A stretch of 64,000 nt of DNA from Mytilus californianus (lineage: Eukaryota), in assembly GCF_021869535.1 (NCBI RefSeq), contig NW_026262690.1, positions 115,072,001 through 115,136,000 on the forward strand. The letters run 5' to 3'. The notes beneath the pieces are model-generated. The model ran no database searches. It saw only the letters and a program-made list of their open reading frames with translations, and was not told the DNA's origin. Position 1 is the first letter of the stretch. The number at the start of each line of letters is the position of its first letter. Made by a program: the position numbers and the translations under genes. This document shows, in pieces, positions 51,601 through 61,290 of the stretch.

Positions 51601-54600
51601 AGTTAAATTAAAAGCAGGTCATCCCATTGTAGTCTTACAATAGTTACTGAAGACCCCTTATCATTATTTAAATTAGTTTTCAAGTTGTGACCATTTGAAA
51701 TTGTTTTTTTTACAATTTTCCCTTAGACTTCTATAGTAAACCCCTATGTTCTATTTTCAGTTGTTTGGATGACAGGGTCATCGGATACATTTTTCAAACA
51801 AGATACCCTATTGAAAATTGTGGCTAAGTTTAATTCTATTTGACCCAGTAGATTAAGTGGAGAAGATTTTTGAAAAAGGTTACAAAAATTTACGAAAAAA
51901 TTGACTATAAAGGGCAATAACTCCTTACGGGGTCAATTGACAAGTTTGGTCATGTTGACTTATTTGTAGATCTTACTTTGCTGAACATTATTGCTGTTTA
52001 CAGTTTATCTCTATCTATAATAATATTTAAGATAAAAACAAAAAACTGCAAAATTTCCTTAAAATTACCAATTCAGGGGCAGCAACCCAACAACGGGTTG
52101 TCTGATGCGTCTGAAAATTTCAGGGAAGATAGATCTTGACCTGATGAACATTTTTACCCCATGTCAGATTTCCTCTAAATGCTTTAGTTTCAGAGATATA
52201 AGCCAAACTGCATTTTACCCACCATGTTCTATTTTGAGCCATGGCGGCCGTCTTGGTGGATGGGCAGGGTCATCGGATACATTTTTATACGACCGCAAAA
52301 AATTTTGTGGTCATATATTGGTATCACTTTGTCGTTGTCGTCAGCGTCGTCCGAAGACAGTTGGTTTCCGGACAATAACTTTAGTATAATTAAATAGAAA
52401 TCTATGAAATTTAAACGCAAGGTTTATAACCACAAAAGGAAGGTTGGGATTGATTTTGGGGGTTATGGTCCTAACAGTTTAGGAATTGGGGGCCAAAAAG
52501 GGGCCCAAATAAGCATTTTTCTAGTTTCCAGACAATAACTTGTGGAAGGGTGTATGGATCTCTCTGAAATTATACCTCAAGTTTCCATACCACAAAGGCA
52601 TGGTTAGGATTTGCTTTGGGGGGTTATGGCTCAAACCGTTTAGGAATTAGGGGCAAAAAAGGGGAAAAACAAGGGTTTCCTGGTTAATGGACAATTACTT
52701 AAGACGATTTAAAATCAGTGTAAGGGAGGTAATCCAAACACAACGTTTTGATTACCTCCCTTACTCTGCTTTTAAATTATGTATAAAGAAATGTTGTATT
52801 GTCTTGAGATGATTAGCTGTCAATTTATTTTTAGAAGTTACTATTAAGGAATATTAATTTTAGCCATGATTATGTATGTCAATTTCTATTTTAAGACTTT
52901 TATGATGTATTTAAATGAGTAATTATGGTTGCAAACTCCATTGGAAATTTGAATTGAGATATGACCATATCTTGAGGGAAAGAATTTTTTTTTTGGGGGG
53001 GGGGGGGGGGGAGGGGGGAAGAAATTGTGGGGGATCAATTTTTTCAGATTTCAGATTTCAGAAATTAAAAAGAAAAATTCTTCAAATATTATTTTTTTTG
53101 CAAAAAAAAAGTGTGTGTGTGTGGGGGGGTCAATACACAACAGCATAATGTATTGCACAAAAGCAAAAAAAAAGGGGGGGTAATTTTTTTTTTTTTTTTG
53201 TGGGGGGGGAGGGAGGGGAGTCAATTCGCAACAGCAAAGTGTATTGCACAAAAGCAAAAAATTTAATATAAATTCAAATCATATAACCAATTCAACTTCT
53301 TTTAACTACAGTTATTCTGTGTCAGAAACCTATTATGTGTCAAATATTTAATTACAATCCAAATTCAGACCTGTATCAAGCTCGAATATTTTGTCCATTT
53401 TTGCCCCAACTGTTCAGGGTTGGACCTCTGTGGTCGTATCCAGCTGCGCTCGGCAAAGCAATTTATTTAAACTAGATACCCTAAGGATGATTTAGGCCAA
53501 GTTTGGTTTAATTTTGTTTAGTAGTTTCAGAGGAGAAGATTTTTGTAAAAGATTACAAAAATTTCTGAAAAATTTACTTTAAAGGACAATAACTCCTTAT
53601 GGGGTCAATTGACAATTTTGGTCATGTTGACTTATTTGTAGATCTTACTTTGCTGAACAATTTTGCTGTGTACAGTTTATCTCTATCTATAATAATATTT
53701 AAGATAAAAACAAAATACTGCAAAATTTCCTTAAAATTACCAATTCAGGGGCAGCAACCCAACAACAGGTTGTCTGATGCATCTGAAAATTTCAGGGAAG
53801 ATAAATCTTGACCTGATGAACATTTTTACCCCATGTCAGATTTCCTCTAAATGCTTTAGTTTCAGAGATATAAGCCAAAAACTGCATTTTACCACCCCCC
53901 CCCCCCCCCCCCCCCCATGTTCTATTTTTAGACATGGCGGCCATCTTGGTTGATGGCCAGGGTAATCAGATACAATTTAAACTAGATACCCTAAGGATGA
54001 TTTAGGCCAAGTTTGGTTTTATTTGGCCCAGCAGTTTCAGAGGAGAAGATTTTTGTAAAAGTTAACAGACGACGACGGACAGACGACGGATGCCAAGTGA
54101 TGAGAAAAGCTCACTTGGCCCTTTTTGGCCAAGTGAGCTAATTATATGTATAGAATAACTATATATATACATTGTCTTCTAAAATATAAAATGTATTTGT
54201 TCAAGGATTAGAAACAGGTAGAATGTGAGGCTTTGCCAAGAATTTCTGTCCTGTTTCAAGCCAAGTACAAATGTATGTTTGTTCTCTTTATACTACATCT
54301 CTTAAAACTGTAACAAATGAAACATTTTGGTAATTATCTATGAAAAGCCAAAGTTTATGCATTTGCAACATTTTGACTGTGCAAATAGCTTATTTGTAGC
54401 ATAAAAGTAATTAGATATGAAACTAACCTGGACTTTTATGTTTCATTGCCATTTCTAGGAGATCACCAAGAAGTGAACACTCTGAAAATAAACATTCCAT
54501 CATTAAATGTTTAAATTTAAGTATATTTACTAAAGTTCTTTTTGTAAGTTCATAATTCAACATGTACGCTTAATATTTTTTCCTTACCTCTTATAGTGAA

Positions 54601-57600
54601 CTAACTAAAACCGTTTTTGCTTCTCTGTATTTGAAAATCTATTTGAAGCAATAACTTTTACCCTACTTATTAGTTCCTGTTATCTTATAAGCCAAAAAAG
54701 CTGCAAAACAGTATATTCGAAACAATAGCTTTTTATCCAGTATATTAGTTCATTATAATAATTCATTATTTTATTTTCTTATAACGTTATAAATGATGTA
54801 TTTATATTTACCTAATTTTGTGTCACATGATCCCATAACTATTTCTGCAAATAACAATAGTATTAATACAGTGGCGTAGTAACTCATCTTGATCTCAATG
54901 CTGACTTAGGACAAAGTTATTGTTTCTGTGATGTGACTCTTTTATATAGTGTTAGTAATGATGGTATTGCCTGACTTGATGAAAACAAGCCATCAATTAA
55001 AATGAAATGGATATTGTAAATGAGAGTTTATCATGCACTATAACATGACAGCAATATTAACAATTTAGATTACATTACTTTCTGCTGAAATTTTTTTGGT
55101 ATGATTAAAGAATTTTCTTTGGAAGTATATAAGTTTTGTCCTTGACAAAAGGTCCTGGAATACATTGCTTTACATATGAATAAAATTGACCAATATTTAC
55201 TACTACATACTAGTTGATTGAACCCTCGACTTTTAAGCTGATATGGATTAAAAGGTCCATGTGAGCTTTTGCCATCACTTTATATCTGTTTGCCCTGCTC
55301 TGTAATCTTTGCCCTGCATTGACTTATCAAAATTCTTCTGCTCTGAAACTGCTGGGCCTCATCATCTAAACTTTGCTTGCATGCTCTTTAGAGTATCTAG
55401 ATTGTCACATTTTGTTCCATCACCAAACTGTTATAGATAGATATAGAAAAGATTCGGTCAGGAATCATTTTTGGTTTATATTTAAATAATGATAAGAGAT
55501 CTAGGGGGAAAAAAGTAATTTAAAACAATCAGCATGCCTCCCAATGTTTCCATTTACTTCAGAATTATCAATTGACTCCCTTTTTGAGTTATTATCCTTA
55601 AATGATTATTTTATAAGAAATACGTTAATGAATTCCTTTCAGAAATGTGGTTGACTGAAACCATTGGATTACTACTAAATTAATTATTCTCCTTAATTGA
55701 CAGTATTCACTTTTATCATGTTTTTTGCCAATTAATTCGAAAACAATAATAGATGGTGTAAACTGTTAACAACAAAAGGGATCATTGATGGAAGAACTAC
55801 AAAAAAGATTCTAGGTGAGCTCTAAGGAGTCTCTTGTTAAGATTTATCATCATCAGGCATGCTCTTAGCCAAAAAGTTGAAAGTCAAGAATGTATGGACC
55901 TGAAACTTGTGCAGAGTAAAATTGAGAATGGAAATGGGGAATATGTCAAAGAGACAACAACCCGACCAAAGAGCAGACAACAGCCGAAGCTCTATCTAAT
56001 ACTCCTTGATTGTTTTGTTATATGTGTGTGGACCATATTAATACTGATTTTTCCCATAAAGGAAATTATGTAAACACCAGGAGTTGGTTCACAAAAAAAC
56101 TTACGACTAAGATTGATTGTAAGTTACAAACAATTCAGTATACTTACGATCAATCTTTGTCATAAGTTTTTTTGTGAAACTGACTCCTGCATATAAGTAA
56201 TGAAATTCATGTTTTTGATTCCTTTTTATGTGTTAATTTGAATTAAAAAATTGAATTTTTCCAGATAAGCTCAGCTGTAAGGGTAGTGAAAGCAAATCAT
56301 TAGCATATATTTTACAGTTTACAAAACTTACATCGTATTTCTTCTTATAACATATTTCACTTTTGTCTTTTACAGATTCGTCATTTTCAGTATCAAAATG
56401 TAAATTCAGTGATCCTCGATCAGGTCTTCTTACATTAGCACCAAATGGTAAAGACAATCTTGCATTGATATTGATGTCTAACTCTTATGAAGGACTATAT
56501 GATGTCATATCACTGGCCACTCCCACTATACCACCAATGACAAGGTCACCTGTAAGTATCATTATATTGCATTAACATTGATGTCAAACTCTTATGAAGG
56601 ACTATATGATGTCATATCACTGGCCACTCCCACTATTCCACCAATGACAAGGTCACCTGTAAGTATCATATAAATAGACAATCTTTTATGAAGGACTATA
56701 ATTTATGAAGTCATATCACTGGCCACTCCCACTATTCCACCAATGACAAGGTCACCTGTAAGTATCATATTAATAGACATACTATTTTGTCTACCAATTT
56801 TAAGGTTATCTGTGAGTAATTAAAATGATAGTGCTTTGAAATGAAGTTGTGCACCTGTATTGTTAGAAAATTCTACGACAGCCTTGTGAAATAAACTACG
56901 CATAATGAAATATTCATTATTTCACTTTAAGATTGTCTCCTTGAATGTACCATTTTTACTTAATACTGCAAAAAAGTAGTCCATTTTCCATTTAATATAG
57001 ATTTTATTTGGAAAGGGAAACAACTCCAAGGTTTATCCATGCCTGTATAAACATTATAGAAAGAGAATATTTTGATGAATTTACTGTTGCAAATTTTCAT
57101 TGTATAATAACATGTTTTGCAATTTCCATTTTTACCAAAGATATGTACCGGTAATGCACTTACCAAGACAAAATTATTTTCAGATACAATACAATGTATC
57201 ATGCTTTTTCCACTTGCTTTGTATAGGCAGGGGATATGAATTGTTTCCCTTTGTAGACAATTTTTTAATTGGAAAAATTATATTCGTAATTTGATATAAA
57301 TGAACTATTGATAAAGCTTGTTGTGGAAGCTTACAAAATTGAATTCAATATCATGATCTGAAGTAATGCATCTTTTTCACGATTTTCCATGCTGCATTAA
57401 TAGAAGTTAAAAATTTTAAAATCAACTATAGATGATCATACAAAGGGAGGTAACTTGATAATTTGCAATAACTGATGAAGGGAAAAAAGCACCAGATTCA
57501 TTATCTTTGTACATAAGAAGAGGAATTACCAGTTTTTCTGAATAAATTCTTCATAAAGCTGTGTAGTTTTGGTTATATTACTTTTTTATACCCCCACCCT

Positions 57601-58705
57601 CTCAAAGAGGGTATAAAGTTATTCATAAGTCTGTCCTTTTGTCCATCCCAATTTTAGTTTTTGAATAATAATTAAAGTACAAGGTACCACTTAACCAAAT
57701 CTTTTGAAAACTCAAAACACAATGTCACGGACAAGAAAATACAGGTGAAGGTCAATATTGATGGTTTTGACAAGTATTGTTCAAGAGTTAAGTCCCTTAC
57801 TTACCTTAAAATTGGGGTTTTCTTCGGTTTCCATATGATAATGATAATACATCTTGACCAAATCTTTTGAAACTAAAATGCAATTTCATGGTCTATTAAA
57901 ACATTTACTCAAAATTTGGGTTCTTGGAATTTTCTATACTTCAGAAGGACACAACTAACTTTTTTGTTTCAAAAGATAAACACAAGTGGATTTTGTGAAA
58001 AGCATTTGGAATATCTTCTTTACATACGGATGCTGTAAATCTGTGCTACAATTCTTTAAAAATAATTATTTTTTTTATTAAATTGTCACCATTTTAGAAA
58101 AAATAAGGCATTTTTTGCTCTACATTTATCCAATTTAAAAAAATTCATTGGTGATTTGTTCATAAAAATTGGTACAAATAATCTTTAAAAACAATCAAGC
58201 CAAATTTAATTTTAAAAAAGAGGTGTCCATTCGCTAGTTTTTAAGCTAATGATTAAAATCAGTCGAAAATGCATCTTTTCCCAATATGTCACAGTTTGAT
58301 GTCTCGAAAAATAACGTTTTACCTTAGCAACGTCATTACCTCCCTGTAACTATATTGTATGACCTTTAGCCATAAGTTACCTCATAAATTGGTATTTTAG
58401 AGTTAAACACATAGTTATGAAACATAATATACAGATTGATTTAATAGGTTATTGAGTAAAGGTTATACTTTGGAATTTATGTGTCAAGAACAACATTCAG
58501 ACATTCTTTCAAGTTACAATTAGTTCGCCATTATGTTGATACAAATTCAGTCTGATTATCTTTATTTTAGTTTTCTAACCTACTGCCAGATTATGTTGTA
58601 ACTGGTCCAGAGTATGGTCTGAAAGGTCCTGGTGGGTTTTTGTGTACTGGATTCTGGGGAAACAGTTGGGAATACAGAACTGACATATCATCTTGTGTTT
58701 GCTGA
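36698..58705 (+). CDS. Uncharacterised alpha/beta-hydrolase (peptidase S9/esterase-like) with TPR-like and beta-rich N-terminal regions, at least 959 aa; start exon uncertain
   Basis: Phase-consistent exons: 36698-36811, 37424-38637, 39153-39283, 40367-40493, 40885-40984, 41993-42141, 42499-42736, 45832-45933, 46903-46978, 47504-47605, 48345-48473, 49146-49232, 56376-56551, 58571-58705 (2880 nt, stop TGA). Hydrolase motifs: PVVLTLHG, nucleophile elbow GHSMGG, GAADKTVP (Asp) and GKEHWW (His). Confidence 0.85.
39349..39934. mobile_element. TTAA-flanked MITE (Kolobok/piggyBac-type ends)
   Basis: TTAA-AGTCATATGAA ... TTCATATGACT-TTAA. Confidence 0.7.
41041..41259. mobile_element. TA-type MITE
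   Basis: TACTGTAAAC ... ATATACAGTA ends; internal similarity to 18096-18285. Confidence 0.65.
41276..41482. mobile_element. TA-type MITE
   Basis: TACTGTGGTTTCATTATT...GGATACCAATTTTCGTG / CGAAAATTGGTACC...AATAAATTAATCCACAGTA inverted ends. Confidence 0.7.
43250..45225. mobile_element. HINE-like element with ~5 tandem ~150 bp units, containing a nested reverse copy (~43495-44262) of the 10250 family
   Basis: Units TGACCTTGACCTCATTTTCATGGTTCA...AAGCAATAGGTCAACTATATTTGGTGTATGG at 44330-45125; nested units TTTCCGTTCTCTAACTT...GCCTCAACCAAATGTTAT. Confidence 0.65.
46128..46338. mobile_element. TA-type MITE
   Basis: TACTG...GTGGGATTAAAATTT / AAATTAAAACCCCAACG...TTTACAGTA degenerate inverted ends. 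Confidence 0.55.
47007..47391. mobile_element. MITE
   Basis: TIRs AATAGACCACTTCGAG / CTCGAAAGTGGTCTATT. Confidence 0.7.
48507..48596 (+). pseudogene. Degenerate duplicate of the 3' part and donor site of hydrolase exon 48345-48473
   Basis: Reads AVYITNMFFLISDTPAVVIKDEEL*NYQI|gtaaaa versus the true exon AVYIANLFFLTSDTPAVVVKDEELENGQI|gtaaaa. Confidence 0.85.
49343..50553 (+). mobile_element. Diverged HINE-like element of the 33099 family
   Basis: CTGGTCCAAAGGGCCAAGTGAAC start and GGTGAGCGACACAGGTTCTTTCAAGCCTCTAGTTTT end. Confidence 0.65.
50591..54887 (-). CDS. Secreted globular-head C1q-domain-containing protein (C1qDC), 182 aa, 3 exons, nested antisense in a hydrolase intron
   Basis: Exons 54812-54887 (signal peptide MSYYATVLILLLFAEIVMG-SCDTKL), 54428-54481 and 50591-51009, all phase 1, 549 nt in total. 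C1q motifs: IPAF...[33 protein letters not shown] and LNLKKGDQVAV...SSFSGYLI. Confidence 0.88.
51456..54141 (-). mobile_element. HINE-like element of the 33099 family in reverse, interrupted by a second family (~52284-53462)
   Basis: Starts AAACTAGAGGCTCTCAAGAGCCTGTGTCGCTCACCT and ends GGCCCTTTTTGGCCAAGTGAGCTAA. The insert begins TTTTATACGACCGCAAAAAATTTTGTGGTC and includes poly-G tracts. Confidence 0.65.
56577..56757 (+). repeat. Two extra tandem copies of the 3' half and donor site of hydrolase exon 56376-56551
   Basis: TATGAAGGACTAT...CACTGGCCACTCCCACTAT(A/T)CCACCAATGACAAGGTCACCT|GTAAGTATCAT ends at 56551, 56658 and 56757. Confidence 0.9.
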
Positions 58706-58912
58706 AACTTGCTCTTATTATTACTATATTATGGTGATGGTCATTTGTTGTTCCATTATTGGATAATTAAATGTGATTATTTTGATCTGGGACTTTGTAT
58801 ACATGCACATTACAGTACATATTTGTATCCACTTCTCCCGTGAAATCCCTGATCAGAACCTTCACAATATAATGCCAATGTTCAAATCTTTTTTTGTCTT
58901 TATTTTATTAGT

Positions 58913-60067
58913 TTTTATATGACCGCGCAAAAAATTTTGCGGTCTTATATTGGTATGACGTTTGCATCGTCATCGTCGTCGTCCGAAGACACATTGGTTT
59001 TCGCACTCTAACTTTAGTTTAAGTAAATGGATCTCTATGAAATTTTACCATAAGGTTCAATACCACAAAAGGAAGGTTAGGATTGATTTTGGGGGTTATG
59101 GTACCAACAGTTAAGGAATTAGGGACCAAAAAGGGGCAAAAACTAAGCATTTTTGTTACTTCCAGACATAACTTGTGTGTTAGTGTATGGATCTCTCAGA
59201 CATTGTAACACAAAGTTACATATCACAAAAGGAATGCTGGGATTGATTTTGGGGGTAATTGCCTCAAATTTTAGGAATGAGGGGCAAAAAAAGGGGCAAA
59301 AAACAAGCATTTTTCTAGTTTCATGACAATAACTTGTGTGTAAGTGTATGGATCTTTCTGAAATTGTACTACAAGGTTCCATATCACAAAGGAAAAGCTG
59401 GAATTGAGTTTGGGGGTAATTGCCCAAGCATTTAGGAATTAGGGGCCAAAAAAGGGCCAAAAATAAGCATTTTTCTAGTTTCCAGACAATAACTTGTGTT
59501 CAAGTGTATGGATCTCTCTGAAATTGTACTGCAAGGTACCATTCCACAAAGAGAAGGCTGGGAATGATTTTTGGGTAATTGCCTCAAAATTGTAGGAATT
59601 AGGGGCCAAAAAGGGTAAAAAAACAAGCATTTTTCTAGTTTCAGGACAATAACTTGTGTTCAAGTGTATGGATCTCTCTGAAATTGTACTGCAAGGTACC
59701 ATACCACAAAGGGAAGGCTGGGATTGAGTTTAGGGTGATGAATCATAAGGGGGTTCAAAAAATTGGGGGGGGGGGATTTTTTTTCCTTTTTTTCCTTTTT
59801 TTTTCTTTAAAATTTTCCATTTTAAATTGGTTATTTCTGATTTATATATAAAAGCAAATAATAATGATATGGTTTGAATAGGTAAATTAAAAAAAATTAA
59901 GTTCTTAGACCACATTCATTCTGTGTCAGAACCTATGCTGTGTCAAATATTTAATCACAATCCAAATTCAGTGCTGTATCAAGCTTGAATGTTGTGTCCA
60001 TACTTGCCCCAACTGTTCAGGGTTCGACCTCTGAGGTCGTATCAAGCTGCGCCCAGCAGAGCATTTT
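58913..60067 (-). mobile_element. HINE-like element of the 5128 family with ~4 tandem ~185 bp units
   Basis: TTTTATATGACCGCGCAAAAAATTTTGCGGTC start; units AAGCATTTTTCTAGTTTC...AATAACTTGTGT...GTGTATGGATCTCTCTGAAATTGTAC; end CCCCAACTGTTCAGGGTTCGACCTCTGAGGTCGTATCAAGCTGCG. Confidence 0.7.
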
Positions 60068-60998
60068 ATTATATCTTAAGTTTCCATTAGCAAATCATGA
60101 ACTTTGTCAATGCTTTATCTGGGGTACCCATAGTTTTATCAACAACTCCTCCTAAACCCCTTCTTAAAATGTATTGAAACCTGTCTCAAAATCTTAACAA
60201 CATAAATCCATTGTGAACCTTCTTTTTTTTCTTTTTTTTTTATCCACAATGATTTAGGGGTTTTCCTAAACAAATCATAGACTTTACCATTCCTCATTTG
60301 GGGTCAGGGGTACCATTTTGTGAACCTTCTTTATAACAATTCAGAAAGGTTTAATTAATATGTGGCTTTAATTTTATTATTGTAATGAACTCCATTTTTC
60401 AGAAGTTTCAGCCACTGGTGGTCATCCCTTTCCCTGTTTTCTCTCTTGTCTACAGTCATCTTTCACAAATCAATGATACGTTTTACATTAAGAACCTTGT
60501 TACAATAATCCTCACATTGCCCTTTTTTTCATTTTTCAATTGTTCTATTTATTGACCTTTTTAATGTTTCCATTGGTATTGGATATTTCGACGTTTCAGA
60601 TTATTTTGAGTTTTGTATATTTGTTACATCCTATTATTTCTAAGCAAAGAAAGATTTTTTATTATATTTATATTTTTTTTCTCATTATCAAGCTTCAATG
60701 TAAATGAAAAAATTATTCCACAAGAGGCAGACATGTTATAATTTGTAGATTTTAATATCATAGTCAAATTTTTTCTAGTCCAATAATTGATTTTTGTGGA
60801 ATTTTAGTATATGTATCATGGTTTTCTGTGCCATTATAATGTATATAAGTTTTGCCCATTTTAAATTTTTCTTCCTAGAATGAAAGAGTATCAGATGAAT
60901 TTCAATAGCTGATTCAAAAATATTGTTAATGGAGGTAGGGGGAGGGGTTGCTATTCAGCTTTATAATCATCAATGTTACAGGATATTAAAAGTATTAC

Positions 60999-61290
60999 CT
61001 AGAAAGGTTGTCTGACAAGACCCTGTCCCCTCTAATATTAACCACTGCAGTATAATACATTTTGATCTTTTCATTGAGAGAGACAGTTGGATTTAAAACT
61101 AGTTTGAAATACTGATTCATGGTATCAACATGTACAAGTTGGTAAAGTTGCCGATTTGAGTTCTGCATGAAGATGAAGTTATCTGTATTTGGACCAACAA
61201 AGTTGGATAAAATTTCTTCATTCCTTACATTTTTCTTGAAGAAATAATGTAGCAACGAAAAAGTTAGAGCTTCCCAATCAGAAGACAACA
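60999..61290 (-). other. Possible coding exon of an unidentified gene
   Basis: About 97 open codons of ordinary globular composition, ending at a good donor (TCTAG|GTAATA). No family was recognised. Confidence 0.3.

Noticed and set aside
54588-54624. Exon-like segment with a GAG|GTAAGG donor inside the C1q gene intron
   Set aside because: Stop codons occur in all frames from the available acceptor, and the C1q CDS is complete without it.
60015-60050. GGTTCGA motif suggesting a tRNA T-loop
   Set aside because: Part of a HINE terminal hairpin; no cloverleaf or A-box.
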